Of a stretch of 64,000 nucleotides of DNA, positions 10,423-21,467 are shown piece by piece. Numbering within the stretch: the first letter of the stretch is position 1; every line of letters starts with the position of its first letter. Under the pieces are notes generated by a model. That model saw only the letters and a program-made list of their open reading frames with translations. It made no database searches and had not been told where the DNA came from. Source of the DNA: Candidatus Shapirobacteria bacterium. GTDB taxonomy: Bacteria > Patescibacteriota > Microgenomatia > UBA12405. The DNA lies in assembly GCA_041649835.1 (NCBI GenBank), contig JBAZML010000001.1:38722-102721 (forward strand), in the 5' to 3' direction. The position numbers and the translations under genes were made by a program.

Positions 10423-13078
10423 AGTATTTTTTCAAATATTGGCCGGTGTAGGAACGGGATACTTTGGCAATGTCGACAGGAGTGCCAATAGCAACTATTT
10501 CTCCACCCTTGTCACCGCCCTCAGGACCGAGATCAATGACCCAATCGCTATTTTTAATGACATCTAAATTGTGTTCAATGACCACAACAGTGTTACCCAT
10601 ATCAACTAAACGACGCAAAACTTTAATTAATTTATCAACATCGTAAAAATGAAGACCGGTGGTGGGCTCGTCTAAAATATATAAAATTTTGCCATTGAAT
10701 CTTTTAACCAATTCCCGACTAATCTTTAAACGTTGTGATTCACCGCCCGACAAGGTATTGCTGGATTGACCTAATTCTAAGTAACCTAAACCGACCTCTT
10801 GAATAGTATTAATTTTACGACTGATACTGTGGATGTTTTTAAAAAAATCGGCAGCTTCATCAAAAGTCATCTTTAATATTTCGGCAATGTTTTTACCTTT
10901 GTAAGAAACTTCTAAGGTTTCATCCTTAAATCTGGTTCCATGACATTGGTCACAAGTAACGTATATATCGGGTAAAAACTGCATTTCAATTTTTATTTGA
11001 CCCTGACCTTCACAGGCTTCACAACGACCACCCTTGGTATTAAAAGAAAAACGTCCGGCATTAAAACCACGAATTTTAGCTTCGGTAGTTTGGGATAATA
11101 ATTTTCGAATATCATCAAATAATTTGGTGTAAGTTGCCGGATTACTACGCGGAGTCCGACCAATTGGAGATTGATCAACCAGTAAGACATCAGAAAGATT
11201 TTCAGCGCCTTCAATTTTGTCATATTCTCCGATAGTGCCATAATAAGCACCCAGAGTAGCCTTCCTAACCCCACCATAGAGAGTGTCATGGACCAGAGTT
11301 GATTTACCTGAGCCAGAGACACCAGTAACAGAGATTAATTTATTGATGGGAAAATCAACATTGATATTTTTTAAGTTCCATTGACGAGCACCCGTGATTT
11401 TTATTCTTTGACCAAAAATATTGTTTTGAACAGGTGGCGGGTTAATCGAAAGTTTACCTGAAAGATATTGACCTGTAATACTTTTTTTATTATTTTTAAT
11501 ATCATCTAAAGTTCCTTCAGCTACAACTTCTCCGCCACCCTTGCCGGCATATGGACCAAAATCAACGATATAATCGGCTGATTTAATAACATCTTCATCG
11601 TGTTCAACAATGACAACACTATTACCCAAATCTTTTAATTTTCTTAATGTACCGATTAAACGATCGTTATCACGAGAATGAAGACCAATGGTTGGTTCAT
11701 CTAAGATATAAAGAACACCAGTCAAGCCAGTACCAATTTGGGAAGCCAAACGAATCCGTTGAGATTCACCGGAAGATAAAGTTCCGGCCTCTCTTTCTAA
11801 AGACAGATAGTCAAGACCAACGGCTAATAAAAATTCCAAACGAGAATGAATTTCCCTTTGAATTGATTCCAAAACTTCTTTTTCTTGTTTTGAGTCCAAC
11901 TTTTCAGACAAATCTGTTATCCATGTAAATAAATTTTCAATTGACAACTGACATGTTTGATAAATATTTTGACCCAATATAGTGACCGAAAGGGCATCTT
12001 GATTGAGACGAGAGCCATGACAAATGGGACAGCTTTCCTTAATCATATATTGTTCTAATTCATCCCGAACACCTTCAGAAGGAGCATTGAAATATCTTGA
12101 CTCAAGCATTTTTGCCTTCCATTCAGGAAATTTTGAACGATCAATTTGATATTTAGAACCAAGACCTTTACATTCTGTACAAGCACCTTGAGGTGAATTA
12201 AAGGAAAACAAATGAGGTTCAATGGGTGGTAGGGATAAATTACAAATAGGACAAGCAAAGTTTTCTGAATATAAAGTTTCCTTGAATTCTTTTGGATTCT
12301 CAGGAAAATCAAAACCCGGATCATCAATTCGAGCCATGATTATTTGACCATTACTTATTTTTAGGGCTAGTTCAACATCATCAATTAATCGGCTGTATAA
12401 GTTTTCAGCATTTTTTAATGTCTCTTTACTAACGGAGACCCGATCGCAAACGGCATCAATATTGTGCTTGTTCGTTTTGACAATGCCAAAATCTGAATAT
12501 AGATCGACAATTTTCCCATCAATTCGAAGCCATTTGTAGCCTTGTTTGCGGAGATTCTCGACTAAACCATGAAAATCACCAGCTTTGTTTCTAACCAAGG
12601 GGGCTAAAACTAAAAATCGATAAGGTGTATTGGAAACTTCCTGTTTTAAGGTATTAATTATCTGAGTAACCATCTGTTTGCTGGTTTGAGGCATAACTTC
12701 TCGACCACAATTTGGACAATGGGGGTGGCCGACACGAGCAAAAAGTAAGCGGAGATAGTCATAAATTTCGGTAACAGTACCAACTGTAGAACGAGGATTG
12801 TGGGAAATAGCTTTTTGATTAATAGCAATCGAGGGAGATAGTCCTTCAATAAGATCAACCTCAGGACGCTTCATGTTGCCCAAAAATTGGCGAGCATAAG
12901 AGGAAAGGGATTCCATATAACGACGTTGGCCTTCTGCAAATAGGGTGTCAAAAGCCATGCTAGATTTTCCGGAACCGGAAACGCCGGTAAAGACTACAAA
13001 TTTATTTTTAGGAAACTCAAAGGAAATATTTTTGAGATTATTCTCACGTGCTCCTTTGACTATTATTTTATCTAACAT
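10397..13078 (-). CDS. uvrA: Excinuclease ABC subunit A
   Basis: Two GVSGSGKS Walker A motifs, LS(S/G)GESQR signatures, zinc fingers; ATG at 13078 preferred over GTG at 13087. Confidence 0.97.
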   Translation of the reverse strand: MLDKIIVKGARENNLKNISFEFPKNKFVVFTGVSGSGKSSMAFDTLFAEGQRRYMESLSSYARQFLGNMKRPEVDLIEGLSPSIAINQKAISHNPRSTVGTVTEIYDYLRLLFARVGHPHCPNCGREVMPQTSKQMVTQIINTLKQEVSNTPYRFLVLAPLVRNKAGDFHGLVENLRKQGYKWLRIDGKIVDLYSDFGIVKTNKHNIDAVCDRVSVSKETLKNAENLYSRLIDDVELALKISNGQIIMARIDDPGFDFPENPKEFKETLYSENFACPICNLSLPPIEPHLFSFNSPQGACTECKGLGSKYQIDRSKFPEWKAKMLESRYFNAPSEGVRDELEQYMIKESCPICHGSRLNQDALSVTILGQNIYQTCQLSIENLFTWITDLSEKLDSKQEKEVLESIQREIHSRLEFLLAVGLDYLSLEREAGTLSSGESQRIRLASQIGTGLTGVLYILDEPTIGLHSRDNDRLIGTLRKLKDLGNSVVIVEHDEDVIKSADYIVDFGPYAGKGGGEVVAEGTLDDIKNNKKSITGQYLSGKLSINPPPVQNNIFGQRIKITGARQWNLKNINVDFPINKLISVTGVSGSGKSTLVHDTLYGGVRKATLGAYYGTIGEYDKIEGAENLSDVLLVDQSPIGRTPRSNPATYTKLFDDIRKLLSQTTEAKIRGFNAGRFSFNTKGGRCEACEGQGQIKIEMQFLPDIYVTCDQCHGTRFKDETLEVSYKGKNIAEILKMTFDEAADFFKNIHSISRKINTIQEVGLGYLELGQSSNTLSGGESQRLKISRELVKRFNGKILYILDEPTTGLHFYDVDKLIKVLRRLVDMGNTVVVIEHNLDVIKNSDWVIDLGPEGGDKGGEIVAIGTPVDIAKVSRSYTGQYLKKYYDRSKNSS

Positions 13079-13081
13079 TAA

Positions 13082-13112
13082 ACCCACCCTACCCTCCCTT
13101 GAAGAAGGGAGG
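13082..13112. repeat. REP-like GC-rich palindrome
   Basis: ACCCACCCTACCCTCCCT-tgaaga-AGGGAGG hairpin in AT-rich DNA just upstream of uvrA. Confidence 0.45.
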
Positions 13113-13272
13113 CAAAATATTAATTAAAATATTAAAAGTAAATTAACAACTGTTTATTATAAACTAAAAGCTTCGTGTTGTCTTCGGGTATTATTTATTA
13201 ACTTTCTATATCCTTAATAAAAATTTAATCCTATAATTTGATTAAAATATAATTATAATGATATAATAATTC

Positions 13273-13494
13273 GTGGCTGAAAATAAAGTTTCAGATGTAA
13301 TAGCTGTTTGTTCCGAGTGTGGATACCCTTGCCCTGATTTTACCGTCAACGACCTAGCTCCTTTTCACTTGAGAGGTGATGGCACTAAATGCTTAGGTAT
13401 AAACAAAGAAATGATTAAGGTAACACCGATTGTAGTTAGACCAAAACACAGTTTTACAACTTTTCGATTTCAAGGATTTTATCGCGGAGTTTAA
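13273..13494 (+). CDS. Small hypothetical protein with CxxC (possible Zn ribbon)
   Basis: 73-aa ORF filling the intergenic gap, CSECG...H...C, TATAAT just upstream. Confidence 0.45.
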   Translation: MAENKVSDVIAVCSECGYPCPDFTVNDLAPFHLRGDGTKCLGINKEMIKVTPIVVRPKHSFTTFRFQGFYRGV

Positions 13495-15457
13495 TGGCAG
13501 ATTCAAAATCAAGATCGGTAGCGTAGGTTCGCATTTCCTTTTTTAACTTAGAAATATGAGCTTTTCGTTGATTGGGGGTAAGTGAGGAAGGTTCAATTTC
13601 CAAAAGTGGAGTAATAACCATATTTTTGGCATTGGCCTCAATTAAACGAGGCCGAATTGCCTTGATAATAGTTTGGGGGGTAATATGATGATCCTCATTG
13701 TATTTTGTCTGGATCTTACGACGGCGATTAACTTCTTTTATGGCCTGATCCATAGCATTTGAAACGACATCAGCGTATAAAATTACCTGACCATCGACAT
13801 GGCGTGAGGCCCGACCCATTATTTGAATTAGAGATGAACGGGAACGTAAAAATCCCTGATTGCCTGCGTCAAGAATAGTGACCAAAGAAACTTCCGGTAG
13901 GTCCAAGCCCTCACGTAACAAATTGATACCTACCAATACGTCAAAATCACCACTTCTAAGTTTGTCCAATATTTCAGTTCTTTCTAATGTTTCCACGTCA
14001 GAATGAAGATAAGCAACCTTCAAAGGAATACCCGTCTTTTTGGGATCAGCTAGATAGGCTGCCAATTCTTCAGACATCCTCTTGGTCAATGTAACCACTA
14101 AGGTGCGCTCTTTTCTGTCGACTCTTTTTTTAATTTCTTCAATTAAATCTGGGATTTGATTCTTGCTCGGTCTAACCTGAATAGGAGGATCAATCAGACC
14201 GGTCGGACGGATAATTTGTTCGATGATATTATTTTTAGAATCTTCAATTTCAAAATTGGCGGGAGTAGCCGAGACATAGATGGCTTTGGGGATACGTTCA
14301 TAAAATTCGGTCCAATTTAAAGGACGATTATCATAAGCACTTTTTAGACGAAAACCATAGTCAACCAAAGTCTTTTTGCGGGCAGAATCTCCCCCGCTCA
14401 TTCCACCGATTTGAGGGACACTAACATGCGACTCATCGATGACTGTTAGAAAGTTGTCTCCCCAAAGATAATGAAAATAATCAATGAGGGTATATGGAGG
14501 ATCACCGGTTTTCCGACCAGGTTCAAAATAGAGAGAATAATTTTCAATACCGTTAACATAACCAACTTCCTGAAGCATTTCCATATCATAGTCAACCCGT
14601 TGCCGAAGTCGATGAGCCTCTAAAATTTGACCTTTGTCTTCAAAATTCTTAACTTCCTGATCACAATCCGATCTGATTCTGGCGATAATTTCTTTTAGGT
14701 TGGTACCGGAAGCGCCAACATATTGCTTGGCTGGAAAAAGTTGATATGATTTCAGATCAAATTCATGACCCGAAAAGGGGTTGCGTTCAGTAATATTTTT
14801 TATTTTTCCTTCAGTATCAAAATCTAAAACAATTATCCAATCGGCATATGAAGGCCAAATTTCCAATGTTTCACCTCGGACTCGAAATTGAGCTCTTTTA
14901 AATTCCATTTCTGAACGAAGATAAAAGAGATTAACCAATTCTTCAAATAGCTGACGTCTGTTCCATAAATCACCTATTTTAAGGGTTAAAGTTTTACCAC
15001 CAAATTCACGGGGGTCACCAATATTGTAAATACAAGAAACCGAGGCAATAACAATATTATCTTTTCCTGAAAATAGATTTGAGGTGGCCTCAAGTCGAAG
15101 CTTATCGATAAGGTCATTAATTTCTACCTCTTTGGCAATGTAGGTATCTGAAGATGGTAAATAAGCTTCCGGCTGATAATAATCGTAATAGGAAACAAAA
15201 TAGGAAACTTTGTTGTTGGGAAACAATTCTTTAAATTCCTGATATAGTTGAGCCGCTAATGTTTTGTTGTGGGAAATTATTAGAGTCGGCAGTTGAACAT
15301 TTTGAATAATATTGGCAATAGTAAAAGTTTTACCGGAACCGGTAACACCAAGGAGAGTTTGTTTAGCGACTCCATTTTGGAGATTAGCCGTGAGCTTAGC
15401 GATAGCTGCGGGTTGATCACCGGCAGGAGACATATCGCTTATCAACTTAAAAGGCAT
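13454..15457 (-). CDS. uvrB: Excinuclease ABC subunit B
   Basis: PAGDQP.AI, GVTGSGKT, YYDYYQPEAY, DESH, GINLLREGLDLPEV, C-terminal UVR. Confidence 0.97.
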   Translation of the reverse strand: MPFKLISDMSPAGDQPAAIAKLTANLQNGVAKQTLLGVTGSGKTFTIANIIQNVQLPTLIISHNKTLAAQLYQEFKELFPNNKVSYFVSYYDYYQPEAYLPSSDTYIAKEVEINDLIDKLRLEATSNLFSGKDNIVIASVSCIYNIGDPREFGGKTLTLKIGDLWNRRQLFEELVNLFYLRSEMEFKRAQFRVRGETLEIWPSYADWIIVLDFDTEGKIKNITERNPFSGHEFDLKSYQLFPAKQYVGASGTNLKEIIARIRSDCDQEVKNFEDKGQILEAHRLRQRVDYDMEMLQEVGYVNGIENYSLYFEPGRKTGDPPYTLIDYFHYLWGDNFLTVIDESHVSVPQIGGMSGGDSARKKTLVDYGFRLKSAYDNRPLNWTEFYERIPKAIYVSATPANFEIEDSKNNIIEQIIRPTGLIDPPIQVRPSKNQIPDLIEEIKKRVDRKERTLVVTLTKRMSEELAAYLADPKKTGIPLKVAYLHSDVETLERTEILDKLRSGDFDVLVGINLLREGLDLPEVSLVTILDAGNQGFLRSRSSLIQIMGRASRHVDGQVILYADVVSNAMDQAIKEVNRRRKIQTKYNEDHHITPQTIIKAIRPRLIEANAKNMVITPLLEIEPSSLTPNQRKAHISKLKKEMRTYATDLDFESAIKLRDKILEIEKL

Positions 15458-15503
15458 GGATATATTTTATCAGTTCGGGTTATATTTGGGTAGAAAGAAA
15501 AAA

Positions 15504-17150
15504 TCAATTCGGTTCAAATAAAATAGACAAATTGTGTCTATTAGATTCAGGTATGAATACTTCGATGGAATTGATATCTGAAAAATAAACAACTTGAACT
15601 TCTCCCGGATCTAAACCAATAAAGATGCCATTAGAACGAACCATATCCACAACAATATTTTTTGATTCAGTAAGACTTACAACCTCAACATTTTTTTGAG
15701 TCGTGATTTCAGGAATAGTACATCTGGCATAATTGTTATAAGGGTTGATACAAACGATAGCGCCGATTTTTTTATCAGGTGACAAAACTTTAAGGGCAAT
15801 TGTATCGCCATTGATAGAATTAATATCTGCCAAATTCCATTCTCCTTGTCTAAATAAACGGGATCGAAATAAATGAAGTAGCTTGTCGTAAAATATTTGA
15901 GTATCAGTATCAGTTTCCTCGTCGGGGAAGCGTGAAATCTGCATCGGAGGTCTAATCTTTAAGCCCATTTCCTGACCCTGATTAACCATAAAAATTGAAT
16001 TTGGAATTATCCCTGCCAAAACAGCGGCGGCTTTTGATAACTTGGGACCTAATATTCGTGAAGCTCGTTCTTCGTCATGATTTTCAATGTATAAAGTGTC
16101 GTGATAATGTCTGCCATTTTTTTCGGCTGTTAAAAGATTCTGAATCTGAGATTTTATAGTTTGGGGTGATTCGTGCAAAATTTTATAGAAGTCCTGATTG
16201 TAAATGTAATCAAATACCTGACCCAAATATTCTTTGTCCCAATAAATTTCACCAAGAAAATCAAATTGTTGATGGATGTCGGTTTTTACAAGTGGTATTT
16301 TTTCCTGCCAAAAGGAATGCTGTTGAATAAAATCTCTATGTTTTTCTGATAAGATCCAACCCCAAGTTCGAATGAAGGTTGAAGGATCTAATAACATTGC
16401 CATATCGCACCTAACCCCATCGGAATGTCGACTTAATTCTATAAGCTGTTTTGCCATTTCTTCATGAAGCTCTGGCACTCCATAATTCAACTGAAGAGTG
16501 TCAGCCCATTCAGGATAATTAGGATCTTTTCCGTGAGCAATATAATATGTTTGACCATCATTGGCAACTACTGGACAAAATAAATTTAAATTTGAATTAT
16601 ATTGATCTTGATTTCCCTGAATAAAATATTCGGGATTACTTCTAACTAATTTTGAGTCCAATGCGGTATGATTTGGAACAAAGTCGATCATTACCTTTTT
16701 TCCATGCTGATGCAACTTATCAACCATTACATCCCAGGCTTCCCAATTTTTAGCAATTTTAGGATTGGGAGTATATTCCGGAATGGCAAAAGGAGAAGCA
16801 GCCACATCTTTGTTTGGATCAAGGTCGGGCAAAGCATAGCGAAATTCGTGACACCATTTTTTGGCATGTTCCTGACTAGCTGTACTAGGTGTATAAATTC
16901 CCATAAACCAGAAATAATCATATTTTCCAAAGAGATCATTCCACTCTGAATCGGGAACAGTATCAATTGTTATTGGTTGATCATATTTTTTTGATAATTG
17001 ATCAATCCATAATCTGGTATTAATGAGATAGAGAGTTTGATGGTGTCCAATTTCAGAGGGTTTTAACCAATCCCCAAATTCAGGGGGTAAAGTTGACTTA
17101 TGAGATATATCTATACTATCGGGAATATTTATATTTCGTTCCCTTATCAT
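15504..17150 (-). CDS. Alpha-amylase family (GH13) glycoside hydrolase
   Basis: DFVPNH, DGVRCDMA, GEIYW, ENHDE conserved regions. Confidence 0.88.
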   Translation of the reverse strand: MIRERNINIPDSIDISHKSTLPPEFGDWLKPSEIGHHQTLYLINTRLWIDQLSKKYDQPITIDTVPDSEWNDLFGKYDYFWFMGIYTPSTASQEHAKKWCHEFRYALPDLDPNKDVAASPFAIPEYTPNPKIAKNWEAWDVMVDKLHQHGKKVMIDFVPNHTALDSKLVRSNPEYFIQGNQDQYNSNLNLFCPVVANDGQTYYIAHGKDPNYPEWADTLQLNYGVPELHEEMAKQLIELSRHSDGVRCDMAMLLDPSTFIRTWGWILSEKHRDFIQQHSFWQEKIPLVKTDIHQQFDFLGEIYWDKEYLGQVFDYIYNQDFYKILHESPQTIKSQIQNLLTAEKNGRHYHDTLYIENHDEERASRILGPKLSKAAAVLAGIIPNSIFMVNQGQEMGLKIRPPMQISRFPDEETDTDTQIFYDKLLHLFRSRLFRQGEWNLADINSINGDTIALKVLSPDKKIGAIVCINPYNNYARCTIPEITTQKNVEVVSLTESKNIVVDMVRSNGIFIGLDPGEVQVVYFSDINSIEVFIPESNRHNLSILFEPN

Positions 17151-17238
17151 ATGATCATGTGTTATACGGAGTTTAAATTATTATCTTAGTTATTAGTAGT
17201 AGGGACTAGATATCTTTAAGAATGAGGATTAAAGTTTA

Positions 17239-18780
17239 GTGAGAATGCTAACAAAAGTATGGAGTGCGGCCAACTATGGATTAGAGGCAGTTCAAATTGA
17301 AACTGAGGTTAACGTGGCGGAAAAAGGATTTCCAGGATTTACGGTAGTGGGACTTGCTAGTAAAGCAATTGAAGAAGCTAGAGAAAGAGTAAAAACAGCC
17401 ATAATTAATTCTGATTTGGAATTTCCAACAGCAAAAATTACTGTTAACTTGGCCCCAGCTGATTTACCAAAAGAAGGTGCTTGTTATGATTTACCCATTG
17501 CCATAGGCATCTTAGCATCAAGTGGTCAAATAGAATTATCAAAAGATAAAGCATACTTTTTTGGGGAATTATCGTTGGACGGAAGTCTTCGACACTCTCG
17601 AGGAGTATTTTTATTGGCAATTTTGGCAAAGGAAAAGGGGGTAAAGAAAATTTTTGTTCCAAGATTGTGTGCCAATGAAGCAGCTGTCGTCGAGGGAATC
17701 GAAGTGTATCCGGTAGATTCTTTAACAAAGTTAATAAAACATTTGGAGGGAAAGACCTTAATAGAACCTTTAAAATATATCCAGAGTCAGGACTTATTGG
17801 ATGAAAGTGTAATTCAATTTGATTTCTCAGAAATTTTGGGGCAAGAATCGGCAAAAAGAGCTTTAGAAATTGCCGCTGCCGGTGGACATAATATATTTTT
17901 GATGGGACCACCAGGGAGTGGAAAAACTATGCTGTCGCGGGCATTACCGGGAATTTTACCGCCACTTTCTGAAGAGGAAAGTCTTGAAGTAACTAAAATC
18001 TATTCGATTACTGGAAATATTCCACCAGGGGGGTCTTTAATTAGAAATAGACCTTTTCGAAGTCCACACCACACGACATCACAAGTAGGACTTATTGGTG
18101 GGGGAAGTAATCCTCGTCCTGGAGAAATTTCCTTGGCTCACCGCGGAGTTTTATTTTTAGATGAGTTTCCTGAGGTGAGTCGGATGTGTCTTGAATCTCT
18201 CCGACAACCATTGGAAGATGGAGATATAACAATTTCTAGAGCAAGTGGTTCGGTAAATTTTCCATGCCAATTTATGTTAGTAGCTGCAGCAAATCCCTGC
18301 CCGTGTGGCTACCTAGGTGACGATAAAAAAGAATGTAAATGTAATATTCATCAAATCATGAACTATCAAAAAAAGTTGTCTGGACCAATAATGGACAGAA
18401 TTGATTTACATCTAAATGTACCACCGGTGGATGTCAATAAGTTGATGATTGGAGAGAGTAATAATATTGCTGAAAAATCTGTAAATATTCGAAATAGAGT
18501 AATAAATGCCAGAGATATCCAAAAAAATAGGTTTTCAAAAATAAAAGGAATTTATTGCAATGCCGATATGAAAAACAAGCATTTAAAGGAATTTGCAAAA
18601 TTGGAGAATAGTGCTAATTTACTTTTAAAACAAGCTGTAAATAAATTTTCGTTATCGGCGAGAACGTATTTTAGATTGATAAAAGTTGCTAGAACTATCG
18701 CAGATTTGAGCAATTCAGATAATATTAAGGATATTCATATTGCTGAAGCGCTGCAATATAGAGTGAGGACTGGAGAATAA
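17239..18780 (+). CDS. comM: ComM/YifB Mg-chelatase-like AAA+ helicase
   Basis: NLAPADLPKEG, GPPGSGKT, PFRSPHH, GEISLAHRGVLFLDEFPE, NPCPCG. Confidence 0.95.
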   Translation: MRMLTKVWSAANYGLEAVQIETEVNVAEKGFPGFTVVGLASKAIEEARERVKTAIINSDLEFPTAKITVNLAPADLPKEGACYDLPIAIGILASSGQIELSKDKAYFFGELSLDGSLRHSRGVFLLAILAKEKGVKKIFVPRLCANEAAVVEGIEVYPVDSLTKLIKHLEGKTLIEPLKYIQSQDLLDESVIQFDFSEILGQESAKRALEIAAAGGHNIFLMGPPGSGKTMLSRALPGILPPLSEEESLEVTKIYSITGNIPPGGSLIRNRPFRSPHHTTSQVGLIGGGSNPRPGEISLAHRGVLFLDEFPEVSRMCLESLRQPLEDGDITISRASGSVNFPCQFMLVAAANPCPCGYLGDDKKECKCNIHQIMNYQKKLSGPIMDRIDLHLNVPPVDVNKLMIGESNNIAEKSVNIRNRVINARDIQKNRFSKIKGIYCNADMKNKHLKEFAKLENSANLLLKQAVNKFSLSARTYFRLIKVARTIADLSNSDNIKDIHIAEALQYRVRTGE

Positions 18781-18782
18781 AA

Positions 18783-19142
18783 ATGTTTGATACTGCTAAA
18801 AAAGAAAATTATCACAAGGGGAGATACGGGGAGAATATTGCCAAGGAGTATTTATTAAAAAGGGGCTATATTTTTATTGAGGCGAATTTTGAAAATAAAA
18901 TTGGAGAGATCGATTTGATAATGAGCGACCGCGATTGGCTGGTATTTATTGAAGTGAAATATAAAAGTGATAATCGGCTAGGAATTCCAGAAGAAATGAT
19001 AAATAGAAATAAAATTTGTCAGATAAAGAGAGTCGCAGAAAGTTATTTAGTAGAAAAAAAAGTAAAATTTTTTGAAAAATTTAGAATTGATGCGGTGTGT
19101 ATTTTGGATGACAAAATTAGACATTATGAAAACTTAATTTAA
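18783..19142 (+). CDS. yraN: YraN (UPF0102) PD-(D/E)XK nuclease
   Basis: G..GE..A..YL, GEIDLI, FIEVK, RIDAV. Confidence 0.93.
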   Translation: MFDTAKKENYHKGRYGENIAKEYLLKRGYIFIEANFENKIGEIDLIMSDRDWLVFIEVKYKSDNRLGIPEEMINRNKICQIKRVAESYLVEKKVKFFEKFRIDAVCILDDKIRHYENLI

Positions 19143-19169
19143 TTACAAATTACTAATTACGAATTACGA
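19140..19169 (+). repeat. Short heptamer-type tandem repeat (AATTAC+N)
   Basis: taattac aaattac taattac gaattac between yraN and dprA. Confidence 0.6.
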
Positions 19170-20039
19170 ATGAAGAAATGGAAAAGTTATCCTATTAATA
19201 TTATTGAAAAAAAGGATTTCCCAGAACATTTAAGGGTAATAAAAAATTGCCCGGAAAAATTATATTATCGGGGAAATTGGGATAATAAAATTTTTGAAAA
19301 AAGCTTGTCGATGGTTGGAAGCCGACGAATGAGCCGATATGGACAAGAAGTGGTGAAAAAATTTATACCAGAATTTGTGGCCAATAAGATAACTATAATT
19401 TCTGGCTTTATGTATGGAATTGATACTGAATCACACAAAAAATGTTTAGAATTTGGTGGAAAGACTGTAGCGGTATTAGGTGGAGGTTTAAATATTTTAG
19501 TGCCACCAGAAAATAGTAATTTATACAATGATATTTTGGAAAAAGACGGTTTAGTAATTTCTGAATATATTTCAGATTTTCAACCAACTTTATGGAGCTT
19601 TCCACAAAGAAACAGGATTGTGGCTGGATTATCAACTTTGGGAATTCTAATTGTTGAGGCAGGAATAAAATCAGGTTCGCTAATAACAGCCAGAATAGGT
19701 CGAGAACAAGGTAAAAGAATATATGCAATTCCTGGTCAATTGACGAGTAGTACTGCTGAAGGAACAAACTATTTAATAAAGAATAATTTAGCTCAAATAA
19801 TAACATCTCCTGTCGATATAACCGAAAACAAGACTATTAATACACAAGAAATATTATTTGAGAGTACTGATTCAATGGAAAATATTATTATTCAACTATT
19901 GAAAATAGAACCTCTAAGTATTGACGAACTGTGTTTAAAAATGGACAATGGCATTATTGAATTAAATTCAAAAATTACTTTAATGTTGTTAAACAATCAA
20001 ATCTTTGAGGAAAACGGAAAAATATATTTAAAAAGATGA
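19170..20039 (+). CDS. dprA: DNA-processing protein DprA
   Basis: VGSR..S.YG, ISG...GID, FPQRNRIVAGLS, VEAG.KSGSLITA. Confidence 0.95.
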   Translation: MKKWKSYPINIIEKKDFPEHLRVIKNCPEKLYYRGNWDNKIFEKSLSMVGSRRMSRYGQEVVKKFIPEFVANKITIISGFMYGIDTESHKKCLEFGGKTVAVLGGGLNILVPPENSNLYNDILEKDGLVISEYISDFQPTLWSFPQRNRIVAGLSTLGILIVEAGIKSGSLITARIGREQGKRIYAIPGQLTSSTAEGTNYLIKNNLAQIITSPVDITENKTINTQEILFESTDSMENIIIQLLKIEPLSIDELCLKMDNGIIELNSKITLMLLNNQIFEENGKIYLKR

Positions 20040-20239
20040 TAGAAGAATTAAATAGTAGAAATATTCGACTAGTCGACAGAGTTAGGAGAAGATTTAACAT
20101 TTCAGATACACCAATAGAAATGGATTTGAGTTTAGAAAAAGGTGAAATATTCAGGATTCTAACAACAGGTCGAGGTAAAAAGAAATCACATTGTTCTAAT
20201 CGCTATCCCAAACACGAATGGGAATTAAAAGATTCTTAA
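20036..20239 (+). CDS. Small hypothetical protein
   Basis: 67 aa, start overlaps the dprA stop (ATGA). Confidence 0.35.
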   Translation: MIEELNSRNIRLVDRVRRRFNISDTPIEMDLSLEKGEIFRILTTGRGKKKSHCSNRYPKHEWELKDS

Positions 20240-21363
20240 AGATAGGGCGCCCAAGTGGTGATAGGGGCAGTATTGCCGATAATAAAATTAATTGTATATA
20301 AGAAGACTGCCGGAATTATCAGAAAAAATATTAAACGAACTTTTGATGAGGCGATCTTTTTTCCAAAGGCTAAAAACACAAAAGGATAAACAGGAATCAT
20401 ATAGCGGCTAATATCACGATGAGCTACCATTACACTGGCAAGAGTATAAATTAGAGGAAAAATTAAGACTATATCAAGCTTATATCTTTTCCATAGTTTG
20501 GCCACGGCAAAAAAACAAAGGGCAAAAACGTAAATCACATCTTCAAGCCAAATAGTATTAATCCAAGTACGAGTACTAACAAAGACTTGATAGGGAAAGG
20601 GGGTTAAATGAAAATTATCACCGGAATGAAAATAGGCGAGAAAATCCCCTGTTTGAAGAAAATAATAGTAAAAAATTCCCAGAGCAGAAAGAGGAATAAG
20701 TAAGTAAAATAGATAATTGGTATTTAATTTTTTAGTTTTTTTATAATCAATAAAGGCAATAATTAAATAGGAGGCAAAAAGTAATATTCCAGGACTTTTT
20801 AAAGTTTGAGAAAGAGCTGCAAAAATTGCTGACAACCAAAAGTTCTTCTTTTTAAAAAAAATAATGGACAACAAGATAAAACTTAAAAACCACATTTCCG
20901 GGGCACCAACTAAGCGAAGAACAAAGAGGCGAGCCGGAAAAAATATCATTAAAAATGCCAACCAAAAAGAAGTTCTTTCTTTGAAAAATTGTTTATAAAA
21001 ATAGAAAGAGACTAAAGTAAAAAGAAGTGAACCAAATAAAGTGGTAAGAAGCATGGCCTTGGGAGTGTTGGTAAATAAGGAAAAATATCTTATTAAAAGC
21101 GGATATCCGGGAAGATGAGCGGGGTAGTATTCCAAAGGTTGGGGTAAAGAATAATTGGTGGCGATACAATCCTTTTTATATAAACACTTGGCTACAATCA
21201 TGTAGTTTGGTCCATCGTAGTTAGCAAAAACAGTTTCTAGTGTCGTTGTAGGAAAACCTAATTTTTGGGGTAAATTTTTATAAAATCCAAACCAAATCAA
21301 AGCTGTGGAAATGAAAGTAATCAGTAATAAGAGCAATTGGAAGCGATATTTGTTAAAATTCAT
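20236..21363 (-). CDS. GT-C-type integral membrane glycosyltransferase (mannosyltransferase-like)
   Basis: Many TM segments; YDGPNY..VA first loop, HLPGYPLLI, PE..FL, DISRY. Confidence 0.7.
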   Translation of the reverse strand: MNFNKYRFQLLLLLITFISTALIWFGFYKNLPQKLGFPTTTLETVFANYDGPNYMIVAKCLYKKDCIATNYSLPQPLEYYPAHLPGYPLLIRYFSLFTNTPKAMLLTTLFGSLLFTLVSFYFYKQFFKERTSFWLAFLMIFFPARLFVLRLVGAPEMWFLSFILLSIIFFKKKNFWLSAIFAALSQTLKSPGILLFASYLIIAFIDYKKTKKLNTNYLFYLLIPLSALGIFYYYFLQTGDFLAYFHSGDNFHLTPFPYQVFVSTRTWINTIWLEDVIYVFALCFFAVAKLWKRYKLDIVLIFPLIYTLASVMVAHRDISRYMIPVYPFVFLAFGKKIASSKVRLIFFLIIPAVFLYTINFIIGNTAPITTWAPYL

Positions 21364-21383
21364 CTGTTTTAATTGTACATCAT

Positions 21384-21458
21384 GGCCCCATCGTCTAGTG
21401 GCTAGGACGACAGATTCTCATTCTGCCAACCAGGGTTCGATTCCCTGTGGGGTCACCA
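21384..21458 (+). tRNA. tRNA-Glu (CTC)
   Basis: GGCCCCA acceptor stem pairing with TGGGGTC, anticodon loop TT-CTC-AT, TTCGATT T-loop, encoded CCA. Confidence 0.93.
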
Positions 21459-21467
21459 TCTAAAAAT

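Noticed and set aside
13088-13272. SOS/LexA box upstream of uvrA
   Set aside because: No recognisable palindrome shared with the uvrB upstream region
19140-19169. Tandem repeat as a CRISPR-like array
   Set aside because: Only four 7-nt units with no spacers; no cas genes in the window
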